DNA from: Phyllosticta citribraziliensis
Lineage: Eukaryota
Length of the DNA stretch: 64,000 nt
Reading direction: 5' to 3'
Assembly: GCF_038025025.1 (NCBI RefSeq)
Contig: NW_027117338.1
Location: 2,666,001 to 2,730,000 of the forward strand
Part shown: piece by piece, positions 26,572 to 39,619 of the stretch
How positions within the stretch are numbered: the first letter of the stretch is position 1
How the letters are laid out: each line of letters starts with the position of its first letter
Translations under genes and position numbers: made by a program
The notes under the pieces: model-generated
Told to the model about the DNA's origin: nothing
Seen by the model: only the letters and a program-made list of their open reading frames with translations
The model's database searches: none

Positions 26572-29500
26572 TTTTATAGTATAGCTTCTATAGATTAGGA
26601 GCTTCTTATTACCTAATTATATAGATATATAATATTAGTAGAAATTAGGTAAGTAAAAGGCTCTAGGATATTACTAACTAGTACTATTAATTTTACCCTC
26701 CCCTACCTAGCCTATTATTATATATTTACTATACTAGTTATTATTATTATACTAGTTATTATTTACTTATTTATCTTAAATACTATTTTATAAATACTAT
26801 ATAAGCCATGAGATTAATACTTATAATTTTATAGTAGGTTAGTATATAATTTATAGAATAATAATACTATACTATCTAATTTTAATTAGTTCTATTTTTA
26901 TTAAGTATAATATTATTCTAGGTATCTCTACCTATAAAGTATAGGAGATAAGCCTAGATAATTAGTTCTCTAGTTTTTCTATAATTATTTTATAGATACT
27001 AGATTATTAAGGTCTAATAAGTTTCTAGGATTATTCTATTATACTATAAGGTTAGTAGTTTATATAATAAGTTATAAAGGTAGATTTAGATATAATTATA
27101 TAATAAATTTAATAACCTAACTATAAGAACTATAAGCACTTCTAGTAGCTTAGGTAGAAATAGATAAGGAGGAAGAGGTATATTAGGAGGAGGATAAGAA
27201 AGAAGGATAAGGTCTTATAGTAGTAGCTACTCTCTAAGTAGCTAATAGTAGAGGCCTATAATTATATATAAAGGACTATTAATAATAGTCCTACTACTAG
27301 TAATTAATTTATAAGTACCCTTATAAGGTATAGGAATAGCTTAGGTACTATTTAGGCTATTTATTAGACTAGGAGTACCTCCTATAATTATACTACTATT
27401 AGGAATAGATAGTAATAAGATAATATAGCTAAGTTAAGCTAATTAGCTAATACTAGATACTATAGAAATAACTTTCCCCTAGATTAATAGAGAGTTATCC
27501 TTACTAATAGAAGCTAACTAATATTATATAAGAATAGTTTCCCTAATTTAGATAGTTAATACTAGTACTAAAGTAAAGGCTATAGTTTAGGGGGGATAAT
27601 ATATTATTATTCCTTAAGATATATAAGTACTTTTATACTATAGCTAGGAGTCTCTTAGAAGAATTTATACTAAAGCTAGTCTAGTACTATAAAACCCTAA
27701 TTAGCCTAGAAATTTACTACGGTACTAGTACTTATAAAGATATTTAAGATAGAAGTTTCTTAGTAAGAGAGAAATCTTTACTTACTTAGTACTAGTCTCT
27801 ACTAGCTAAGAGGGAAACTAGCTTAGGTATTATAGATAGTAAGGACTATTATAATAGACTAAATTCTACTACTTATTATAGTACCTATCTAGAGGTAGAC
27901 CCTTATATTACCCCTAGTACCTAACTTACTAGGTATACTATTAGGCTCTTAGGAATCTTACTATATTTCCTAATAAGCTATTATTATAATAGTCCTATAA
28001 AGAGCTATTATAAGACCTAAAAGTATAACTTATAAGTAAAGGGTAATTTAGGTTTAAGGAAGAGAAAAAGGAGGATATTCCTTCTTATAAATTAAAGTAA
28101 AGGTTTATTCTAAGAGAACTAAGAGATAAAAGTTAGTTATTAATATTAGGATATAAAGGGCTATATAAGGACTAAAGAATAGTCCTAGTTAAGGAAAAAT
28201 AGTATAGTTAGTTCCTTCTAAAATAGAAAGTAAAAAGGAGAAGGAAAAGTTAATACCTCTAGTAAATCTAGGGTACTTAACCTAGTTAAGATTTATATTA
28301 TCTCCTTTATATTTTAGACTTTAAGGCTACTCCTTAGAATAAGGATATAGTAGTATTATAGTCTATAGTCTAGATCTAAATAAATTAGTCTAGAAGAACT
28401 TTAATAGTAAGAGTTATAGTTAGGAGTTAGAGGTAATTTATAATTAATAAATAAGTCTTACTAATAGCTAGCTAGTAGATTAGCTTAGTACTAACTAGAA
28501 AGGTATATAAAGAGACCTCCTAGCCCTCTAGAATAGCTTTCTCTTTAGTAGTGATTTTTCTTTTATTAATTCTTTATTAAGGATTATTATTCTTCCTCTA
28601 TATATTTCTTATAACTAAGTATATAATAATTTAGTCTATATTATTATCTATTAGATAGCCTTTAGAAAATAGTCTAAGGTTATTTAGTTATAGTAGTATA
28701 AATTAAAAGGGTCTACTCCCCTTCCTTATACCTCTTATTTAATAGGGAAGTACCTCTCTATTATATAAGCTAATAGACTAGATATTAGGTTATATAGCTC
28801 TACCTACTATACTCTACCTTAGTATTTTATTATCTAGGCACATATAAGCCCTATATAATAAAGGATTAGGCTAGGTATATATAACTATCTTTAGGGGTTA
28901 TTATTTATAACTACTTATTAAGTACTATATCTAGATACCTAGATCTATTAGTTAAATACTAAGTAGCCTTAGTAATTACCTAATTAGGATTACCTAAAGT
29001 ATACTATTATAGCTTTACTACTCCTAGAGAGCTCTAACTCTCTAGTCTATTATTAAAAAGACTTATATCCTATTATTATATAAACTCTATAAGGGAAAAA
29101 TATATAAGTATCTTTTTTATATAATATAGAGGATACTCCTATAAACTATAAACTAGGAGAATATATTAGGAACCTAGAAGCTAATATATAGGCTACCTTT
29201 AATAAATATTAATAATCTACTATAAACTAGTAGATAGAGATGAATAAGCTTAATTAAAGGTTAGCCTAGGCTACTCTAGGTAATAATTATTACGCTTATA
29301 TGCCTCTAGCATTTCCTAGTATTTAGTATTTAGCCTTTACTTCTCCTATATATACTAGCTATACTTAGTTAGTTTAATAGCCTAGGAATAGATAGTTATC
29401 CTATATAGGCTATATAATAACTACTCTTACTCCTTACCTATTAATTATTAGTAGTCTATATTAATTTACTCTACTAGGTACTATAATACTATTAATAGGT

Positions 29501-32327
29501 TACTTACTACTTATAAGAGGATAAGACTTATTATCTATCCCTTACTAATAAGTTTTCTTACTTTAATCACGCCCTATATAGTATTAGGTTAAAATACTAT
29601 AGTTTTAGATATACTAGAAGCTCTAGGTATTATTAAGTTTATAGTCTATAGCCTTAAATAAGGTATATAAGTAAGATTTTAGGCTAAGAGGGTTCTAAAG
29701 GTAATAGAGATATAATATCTTATTATATTATATAGTTAATAACCTATATAATAGCTAAGAGTAGCTAAACTTCTACTAGTAGTATAGTACTATTAGCTAC
29801 TCCTTAAACCTTACTAGTAGCTAGCTACTAGCCTTTAGCTACTAGCCTATTATCTAGCCTATCTATTATCTCTAGCCCCCCTAGAGATAATAATCTAAAC
29901 CCCTAAGTTACTAGTAATAAGCTAATAACTTATAAGCTCTAGTAGTAGATACTAGACCTTATAAAGGTACTTACTACTTATAGTAAAGCTACTAACTAAG
30001 GTAAGATACTACTCTATAAGGTTTAGTACTAACTTACTAATCCTAAATATTTTAATAGTAAGGGTATACTAGAGGACTATTATATCTAGTATTAAAATAT
30101 TCTCTATAAGCTATTATTTAATAAGGCCTAGTTCCTAGATAATATAGCTAAGGCTATATATATCTAATCTTACCTCTTTAGTATAGCTATATATTCTACT
30201 ATTATTAGTACTAAAATTAAAACTAACCCTCTTAAGGTCTAGACTATTTTAGATAGCCTATATAGTATTACTAATATATATAGCTATACCCTCTTATAGC
30301 TTATCTAGCTATATTTAATTTCTAGCTCTAGTACTAGCTTTAAATAGGAGCTCTATATATACTAGATTCTTACTTATTAGGCTAGCTAGAATAGCCTAAT
30401 AAGTAAGGACTAGTTACTCTAAAGGATATATAGACTACTCTAGTTTATTACCTTATTATAGATTATAACTAACTATAGTAAGCTCTTAAGTATTCTAGAT
30501 TAGGTAGCTAATATTAGTAATATACTAGTAGACCTAGGCTTAAGCTCCTATCTATCTAGAAGCTAGGATAAGGCTATAGTTTATAGCCTAATAACTAGTA
30601 CTCCCTACTAGGCTATACTAGCCTTAGGTACTATAGTAAAGTATAAGGCTACCCTAAGCCCTTATAGTTATTAGTATTATAGTAATCTAGATTATTAGAT
30701 TAAGGATTATCTATATATAGACCCTACTAGCTAACTATATACCTTTATTTATAGTATAGTAGTTATAGAAGAGGTTATAGAGGAGTTTATAGATATAGTT
30801 AAAGAGCTAGAAATTACTATTATTAGTAAAGGTAATATTATAAGCTAGGATAAGATATTAGGAAATAAGTAGCCTCCTATAAAACTATAATAGGAGGTAG
30901 TACCTATAAGATAGCTATTAGTTATTTAATATAATTAGGGAATAGAGTTTCTAGTCCCTCTTACTACTCTTATACTATATATATTTATATATATCCTAAT
31001 ATACTACTAAGGCTAGTCTATATCCTTATTAATTCTAGATATACTAGTAGCCTATATATAAGCTAGTCCCTTAAGTATAAACTAGTTACTACTAGTACTT
31101 AGAAGTAGTAGCTATATAAGCCTTAGATAATTAGTAACTATACTTAAAGCTAGACCTAGTATCTTACCTATAAGCTTATTACTAGCTTATTATTTAGTTT
31201 AGTAGACTATAATAGTACTATATTATTTAATCTACTAGCCTTAATAACTATTACCTAGATTAGTCCTATATATAATTTATTTATTAGCCTTAAGTATATA
31301 TACTAGTTTAGGTTTATCCTAGACTTAGGATATATAGTATTAAGTATTAGAGGTATAAATTCTATAAAGACTTATTAGGACTACCTAAGGTTAGGAGCCC
31401 CCTAATTAGCTAGACCTTAGGCTATTTATAAGCTAATTAAGTCTTTACTACCTTCCCTAATAGTATTATAGACCTTATCTATAACCTTTACCTCTTCCCT
31501 ACTAAACTTAATACCTTTATTAATACTATTAACTATAAAGCTAACTCTCTCTTAGACTAGTAGCTAGTTATCTAACCTTTATACCTTACTAGTATTATTA
31601 CTCTTAAAAGATAATACCTCCTCTCTAAGGCCTACTACTATAACTCTAGTCTAGATCCTATATTTTAATAAACCTCTTAATTCTATTCTATTACTAGCCT
31701 TACTATACCTCTTAATAGGCTTTAAATAAGTTAATAAGCTATAATATCTCTACTATCTTAAATCTTATCCCTTAGAATACCTCTACTACCTAATATACTA
31801 TTATTAGTACTAAGGGCTATCTAAACTAGTTTTAGCTTCTATTAAGGAGACTATAAGTTATCTTAATAAGTAGAGTTAGGGCTAGGCTAGCCTATTAGCT
31901 AATATTATACTAATTAGTACTTTTAATACTACTATCCTCTACTAATAGTATAGCTATAAAGCCTACTTAGTCTATATCTTTACTCCTACTAATAAACTAG
32001 AGTATACTAAACTTTACTTAATAGAGCTAGTATCTTATACCCTAGCTAGTAGTAATAAGCTCTACCTATATTATACTATCCCCTATAAGTATTATAATTT
32101 ATTAGGTATATTCTATAATAATAACCTACTCCCCTATACCTATCCTTAGATAGACTTTAAGATTAAGTTAAAGAATAGTACTAAATCTAAAGACCTTAGC
32201 TATATACTACTCTACTATACTAATAATATCTAGTTAGTAGAGATTAAGTATTATATCTAGGAAGGTCTTAACCTTAGTATCTTAGAGTATAGTAAGATAG
32301 GTATAGCCTCCCCTATTTTATTAGTAT

Positions 32328-32750
32328 TGTCACGACTCGCAGATTTCTTGTTATATAGGTAAGGGCTAAAGGTAAACTGCTAGAGAATATATATATGTCT
32401 TAATTAAATCTAATAAGTTAAAAGAATAAAATATAAAAGATACTTACTACCTATATATTTCCTAGTCCTTTCTTTATACTATTCTACCTCTTATCCTTTA
32501 TATAAGGGTCCTTAGTTATTATTAGGTAAGTTATAAAGGTGAGGTATTAATGGGCTGTTATGTGGTATCTACCTAGGGCTGTAGTAGCTGGTACCAGGCT
32601 GTAGTGGCTGGTACTAGCCTGTAGGTTTTAGCCTGAGCTGTAGTAGGCTGCTGCCTAAGGTGAGGCTTATACTTCTTATGACTGTGTGATGCTGGGTTTG
32701 TCTATGCTGGCCCTGATGCTTGCGTAGGCGCGTGTACGCCTATTATGATA
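32328..32750 (-). repeat. Family C LTR in inverted orientation
   Basis: Reverse complement of 37252-37698 (TGTCACGACTC… versus …GAGTCGTGACA), 24 bp shorter. Confidence 0.9.
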
Positions 32751-35563
32751 CTAAGCTTAATATTTAATAAGCTTTCCACCGCATTCGTCTTACTAAGGAT
32801 TCTGAAGATAAAACTACCTTCTATACAAGATATAGCTTATTTAAATACTGTATCTTACTATTTAGATTAAGTAACAGACCTATAGCCTTTTAATATTTTA
32901 TTAACCAGGTTCTCTTTAAGTATTTAGATAATTTTATTGTAGCTTTTATAGATAATATACTTATTATCTCTAAAGACCCTGCAGAGCATAAGGAATAAGT
33001 AAAAAAAGTACTAGTAAGACTATAAAAAGTAGGACTATAGGTAGATTTAAAGAAAAGTAAGTTTTTAGTTATTTATATAAAGTTCCTTAGATATATTATT
33101 TCTATAGAAGGTATTTAGATAGACCTAGATAAGGTAGAACCTATATAAAACTAGCTAATACTAAAAACCCTTAAAGCTCTTTAATCCTTCCTAGGTTTCT
33201 ATAATTTCTACTAATAATTTCTCCCTAACTATAGATAAATTAGCCAGCTATTAGAGAAACTATACTCTAAGGTAAAATAGTAATAACTAGGACCTCTAGA
33301 AGAAGAGGTAATTTAATAACTTAAGAAGCTAATATATAGTAATATACTCCTAGCTAACTATAATCCTACTCTTAATACTTATATAGAGACTAATATAAGT
33401 AATAGAGTTACTACTAGCATTTTAATATAGCTCTAGTAACCTTTATATAATTAGAAACTAGTAGTATTCTACTCTAAGGTAATAGTAGATATAGAACTTT
33501 ATTATAGAATATCTAATAAAGAACTGCTAGCTATTAAGAATAGACTAGAAGAATAGAGACTAATACTTATTAGCCTTAAAAAACCTTTTCTTATAATTAT
33601 AGACTATTAGGTATTAGAGTACTACTCTACTAAATAATAACTTAATTAATAATAAGCTAGATAGTCTAAGTTTTTTATAGAGTTCTATATATAATTCTCT
33701 TATTAACTAGGAAAGGAAAATATTATTACTAATTACCTTACTTAAAAATAAGAAGACCTAAAGACTTAAAAAGAAAAAGTAAAGGCTATATAAGAGATAT
33801 ATCTTATCCTACTAGAGACTATTATCCCTCTTTCTATTTTAAAATAAGAACTTCCTCCTCTAGTATTATTTTTAGATAAACTCCTCTATATAAACTAAGA
33901 AGATTTTAAATTAGAACTCTAAAGATAGAAAGCCCTCTTATAAGACCTTAAATAAAGAAATAGTTAGGAACTAAAAGATGGTCTTTTACTATAATATAGT
34001 ACCCTCTTTATACTAGATTATAATAACCTCTATATAAGAATACTTAATACTTTATATACTACCTATATAACTACCTATCCTAGTATTATAAAGATGTAAA
34101 AACTCCTTAAGTAATATTACTACTAGCTAGCCATAAATTACACAATTAATATTTATAGGTAAGGATACTATATTTACTACTAAATAAAAGAGTTTTATAA
34201 TAAAGACCTAGGCCTTCTATAACCCCTAGAGATTCCTACTTAACCCTAGTAATACCTAGCTATAGATTTTAAAGAGATACCTAAAGACTAAAAAGGCTAT
34301 AATATAATCCTAGTTATTATAGACTAGTTAAGTTAAAGAACCTTTAGCTTACCTTATATAAAGAAGATTAATACTAAAGGAGTCTTTAGGCTCTTTTATA
34401 AATATATCTACTATATTTATAGAAACCCTAAGTCTATCCTATCTAACTAAGGCCCTTAGTTTATCTCAGCATTTATAAATAAACTATATAAGCTAACTAG
34501 TATAGAGCAGCATTTTAACTTATCCTACTACTCTTAGACTAATAATATTATAGAGATTATTAATTAGTATCTTATATAAAGATTAAGACCTTCTATTAAT
34601 TACTTTTAAAATAATTAGTCTAATCTTCTACTATTAATAGACCTTATATAAGTAATACTTCCCTATAAAGCTACTAGACTTTTACCCTTTAAGATTAAGT
34701 TAGGATATTCCCCTTAAATATACTATAACTAGTAATAATAAACTAAGACCCCCTAGTAACTAGAAAAGATGGCTTATATAGTAGTATAAATACTATAAAA
34801 AAGAAGATAAGAAGCTTTTAAATTTATAAAGAAACTCATTCTTAAATCCTAAGAGTATATATACTAATAAGCTAATAAATACCATTATATACCAGACTTT
34901 ACAGTTAGAGATTATATCTATATTAAGAAAACAGGATAGTCTACTAATTAGCTAAACCTTAAATTAGACTTCCCTAATACTAGACCTTTTAAGATTATAG
35001 GAATAGAAGGATCCTCCTATATCCTTAATCTTCCCTTATATATAAAGATAGTTAACCTTTTCTATACTAATAGGCTATATAAGGCTAAACTAGAATAGCT
35101 TCCTAGTTAGGAATATACTAAACTAGAACCTAAGATTATTTAAGATAAGCCTAAGTAAGAAGTAGACTATATTTAAGCTAGTTAAGTCTTATATAGGAAG
35201 CTTTAATATTAAGTTAAATAGACTAGATATAACTAAGATAACTAGTAGTATAATATAAGTTCTTTTAGTAGTATACTATAGAAAATTAAAGAATTCTACT
35301 TATTACACCCTACCATAGTAGGACTACTAAAAAATCTAGAAAAATAGAAGACTACCTTCCTCTAAGAAGAACTATAGATTAAAATAGAAAGTAATAATAA
35401 AATAAGTTACTTAGGCCCATAGTAAATATTATAAAGATATAGAAAGTAGACTAATTAGTTTACTATCTACCCTTATATAAATACTATTAACCTTAACTTC
35501 TACTCTCTAGTCTCTCCTTTTTACTACTTATCCCCTACTTCCCTCTTCTTTACTTTCTATCCT

Positions 35564-36810
35564 TTACTTCCTTCCTTTTCCCTTCTTCTTATTATAACTA
35601 TTATTATATAAGATAGTCTCCTCTAGATCCTCTAGCTTATTAAGTAGGATATCCTACTTAGCTAAAGCCTAATTAGTTTAATCCTCTACCCTAGCTTAGT
35701 AGTATAAGTTCTAGAACTCCTCTATATAAATTTTATCTTTATACCTCTTATAATAAGCAGGCAGCTTAGCACCCTTTAAGTTACTAATAGTATAGTCTAA
35801 GTTACCTATACCTTAAAGGTAGTTAGCGCAGCAGCCCTATAAGAAACTAGGTAGGTAGTAATAACTAATAAACGCACAAGTATTAGTATTATTATAATAC
35901 TTAGTATAGCTAATAGGGTCATTAATTCTAGTATACTAGATAAGAAAAGTATTATATAAGCTAGCTTAAGTTTTAACTAATAAATAGTTAAATTACTAAG
36001 TAGAAACCATAATATATAAGTAAGGTATACTATTACCTAAGGCCAAGATATATTTAGTGTACTCTTATACTTCAGAACTACTAAGGCGCGCCTATATGGT
36101 TAGTTAGATAAGAATCCCTTATATTAGTAAGATAAACTTACTTGTGTAATACTCTCTATATTCTTATAAGGGATATAAAGTATTAACTTAAAGTCCTACT
36201 TAATAGGCGCCTTATTAGAGCTAACTAGTAATACTATAATATAAATCTTACTATTACTACTATTATGTGAAGTAGTAGGTAGTAAGTACTTAGCTACTAG
36301 AACCTAATAAGCCACTAGATTATAATGATGGTATATATAAGTAGGCTCTTTACCTTCTTCCTCTAAAACAGGCTGTATAATAGTAAACTAGTAGTAATGT
36401 AGTATAATGGGCTGGTTAGTAGCAGGCTATATAGCCATAGATAATAAACCTCACGTAATAACTAATAATGCTAATTAAGTAGAACCTAATACTATAGTAT
36501 ACTATAGGTAAAGTGATAAGCCTATAGCTATTCCTGGCTAAATAAGTAAAGCCTAGCCTAACTAAGTCTTTATATAAGTATCCTCCTCTATAATTATATT
36601 AGTTAGTAAGATGGGATAATAAAGTGGTAAAACCTGGATATATAATGCTACTTAATAGCCTAGATAATAATTAGTAATAGTTAGAGATAGAATTAAGGTT
36701 TACTTATCTTAGGACTCTATATGATGGTCCTTATAGATACTGCTAGCTAAAATAGCTCTCTAAGTAAGTAGTAACTATAATAGATTATAAATAATGCTAT
36801 ATAATAATGA
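35564..36810 (-). pseudogene. RIP-mutated antisense, intron-containing gene inside element C encoding a DUF3716/Zn-cluster-like protein (start approximate)
   Basis: Surviving codons GGC TGC TGC GCT AAC (GCCAN, 35836-35822) and TGT GCG TTT. Intron 36141-36092 (GTAAGT, CTAAC, TAG) puts the upstream EEE codons in frame. The frame ends KKKGKGRK* at 35564. Confidence 0.7.
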
Positions 36811-37390
36811 CTTAATACTATAACTCTTATATAATAGTAATAAGTCCTAATAGACTAGACTATAATAAGTAGTAGATATATTAAGTATATAGTAGCCAGG
36901 AATATCTACTTTACTATTAGTAGGGTATAAATTATTTAAATTATTAGAACCTTTATGCATAATAGTTAGTTTACTAGATTATAGCTAAATTAGACTAGGA
37001 TAATAATATACTTTAATAGGGAGCTTTAGATATAGCTAAGTAAGATGGTAACCTTCTATAGGTTATATAGTAAAAGAGATGGTAATAGAAAGAGATAGTA
37101 TAGTAGTAGACCTAGACTAATAATTATACTTTATAACTATATAGAATACTTAAATTACTAAATTACTACTACTATACATTATAAGTCTATACCTATATAA
37201 GCACCTATAGCTACTAATTCCCATAATTTCAGCTTCTCTTTAGGGGGGGCATATTATAATAGGCATATATACACCTATATAAGCACCAGGGCCAGTATAG
37301 ACGAACCTAGCATCGCGCGGTTATAGGAAGTATAAGCCTTACCTTAGGCAGTAGCCCACCTGCTATAGCTTAGGCTAAAACCTGCAGGCT

Positions 37391-37450
37391 GGCACCAGCC
37401 ACTATAGCCTAGTACCAGCCACTATAGCCTGGCACCAGCCACTGCAGCCC
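37391..37450 (+). repeat. Three copies of a 20-bp tandem repeat (GGCACCAGCCACTRYAGCCY) inside the family C LTR
   Basis: Directly visible. The inverted LTR copy (~32576-32615) has only two units. Confidence 0.9.
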
Positions 37451-39372
37451 TAGGTAGATACTATATAATAGCCCATTAATACCTCACCTTCACAACTTAC
37501 CTAATAATAACCAAGGACCCTTATATAAAGGATAAGAGGTAGAATAGTATAAAGGAAGGACTAGGAAATATATAGGTAGTAAGTATCTTTTATATTTTAT
37601 TCTTTTAACTTATTATATTTAATTAAGATATATATGCATTCTCTAGCAGTTCACCTTTAGCCCTCACCTGCGTAATAAGAAATCTGTGAGTCGTGACACT
37701 ACTTATAAGACCTCCCTAGTACTAATAACCCCTAGTACTAATAATAATACTAAACCCTACTACTAGCTAGTAAGCTTTTACTTTATATATATAAAGTTTA
37801 GAAGCTTACTCCTATAGATATTACTCCTAATAATAAACTATTCTTTATATATTATTTACTCTTAGCTAATACTACTAATAATAATAAGATAAATAAGTAG
37901 AGGAGATAAGTAGGTAAGCTAGACTTACCCTTCTTAGTTAATAGGTATAGGAATATCTTTATAGATAGCTATCTTATTATCCTAACTAAATTAAGACCTC
38001 TCCTTATTTAATATATCTATAAGTAGCTACTTACTAGCTATCCTAGCTATACCTAGCTATATAACCTACTTATACCTTATTTTTAGTTTCTATACCTTAC
38101 CTAGTTAATTACCTAAGTTATTAATAACTATCCCTTATATATCTAGGTCTATAAAGCTTACCTAGTAATCTCTAGCTAGCTATAGCCTCTACCTATTCTA
38201 TTATATCCCTAGTAATATATTACTATAGATTTTATAGGTCTACTACCCTATAGTAAGGATATAGATATAATCCTAGTAGTAAATAACTACTTTAGTAAGA
38301 TATATTACTTTATTACTATAAATACCTTAGATAATAGAACTATAGCTAAAGCTATAGGCTATATACTTATAGACTATATCTTTACTATTTATAGTTTCCC
38401 TCTCTTAATTATTTTAGACTATAGTAACTAGTTTATCTCTTACTTATAGGAGGTCCTTACTTATATTATTAGTATTAGTATAAAGCTATCTACTAGCTAC
38501 TATCCCTAAACTAATAGCTAGACTAAATAAGCTAACTAGAACCTTAAGAACTACTTAAGATAATTTATTAAGGTTCTATTAGAATAATTAGAAAGTACTA
38601 TTATCCATTATATAGTTTACTACTAATAGTATACTATATAAGAGCCTTAATAGCTACTCTCCCTTCTATATCTATTATAGCTATAAGCTATAATTTAATT
38701 TTAATACTAAAGCTACTATCTATAATATAAGTAGACTAATTATAGATACTTACTCTATATAATTATAAACTATATAGGCCCTTACCTAAACTATATAATA
38801 AGTTTAGGAAGAAATAAGATAAAGCCTATTAGTTATATAATAATAGATAGCTATCTAAGTAAACTAATATTATTAGGATTATATAGTAGAGCTAGGTAAG
38901 TATATATTTATTTATACTAAGTATACTTATATACTTTATAGCTAGCTAGCCACCCTAGATTACTATAATAATAGCCTATACTATATACTAGATATATATA
39001 GTAATTAGGCTATATTATAACTCCCTATTAGGTCTTAAACCTATAATAAATTTAATATCTCTTAACTTATTATTACTAGTAATAACCTATTACCTAGCTA
39101 ATAACTAGCTATTAGGCCAGCACTCTAAGATAATAATAAGGATACTAAATAGGAGGTTAAGGAAATTATTAGCTACTAGATCTTAGCTAATAGTAGACTT
39201 TAATTTAGGGTCTAATAGACTAATTACCTACTAGACTATATATTTTATAATATAGATAATAGATAGTTTAATACTACTTATAATATTATCCTATAGTATT
39301 ATAAAAGATACCTAGACCTATAACTACCTATTAGCTAGACTTATAACTAAGTAATAAGGTTATTACTTATTA

Positions 39373-39375
<3 letters not shown>

Positions 39376-39405
<30 letters not shown>
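39376..39405 (+). repeat. G30 homopolymer within the polypurine tract of element B
   Basis: 30 consecutive G a few bases upstream of the 3' LTR. Confidence 0.9.
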
Positions 39406-39406
<1 letters not shown>

Positions 39407-39619
39407 GGGGTAGTATTATACTTATATACCTCTAGTATTTCCTAGTATTTAGTATTTAGCCTTTACTTCTCCTATATATACTAGCTATACTTAGTTAGTT
39501 TAATAGCCTAGGAATAGATAGTTATCCTATATAGGCTATATAATAACTACTCTTACTCCTTACCTATTAATTATTAGTAGTCTATATTAATTCACTCTAC
39601 TAGGCACCATAACAGTAGC

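Larger units (their letters stand above)
32751..37698 (+). mobile_element. 5'-truncated Gypsy element C: RT (3' part), RNase H, integrase, chromodomain, extra region, PPT and 3' LTR (37252-37698)
   Basis: De-RIPed KLDIRQAFHRIRL…YCVLPFGLSNGP…AF[VI]DD (32945-32956), integrase MDF at ~34262, chromodomain at ~35150-35310. PPT AGGGGGGG at 37242-37249. Confidence 0.9.
29288..39614 (+). mobile_element. Gypsy chromovirus-type element B, with its RT/RNase H region replaced by module C
   Basis: 201-bp LTRs at 29288-29488 and 39414-39614. Flanks ATAAT and GTAGC differ only by transitions (RIP-compatible TSD). G-rich PPT at 39372-39410. Coding breaks off at de-RIPed ASPILLV (32327); integrase MDFVGPLP at ~38225 and chromodomain EWEVEEI at ~39145. 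Confidence 0.85.

Noticed and set aside
28870..29040. Possible lipase-like motif remnants
   Set aside because: The codons cannot be converted to a GxSxG motif by transitions alone.
37391..37450. CRISPR-like reading of the 20-bp repeats
   Set aside because: No spacers, eukaryotic context, and the repeat lies inside an LTR.
32328..37698. DNA transposon or DIRS-like element with terminal inverted repeats
   Set aside because: The interior is Gypsy RT, RNase H, DDE integrase and chromodomain with a PPT abutting the right repeat. No transposase or tyrosine recombinase was seen.
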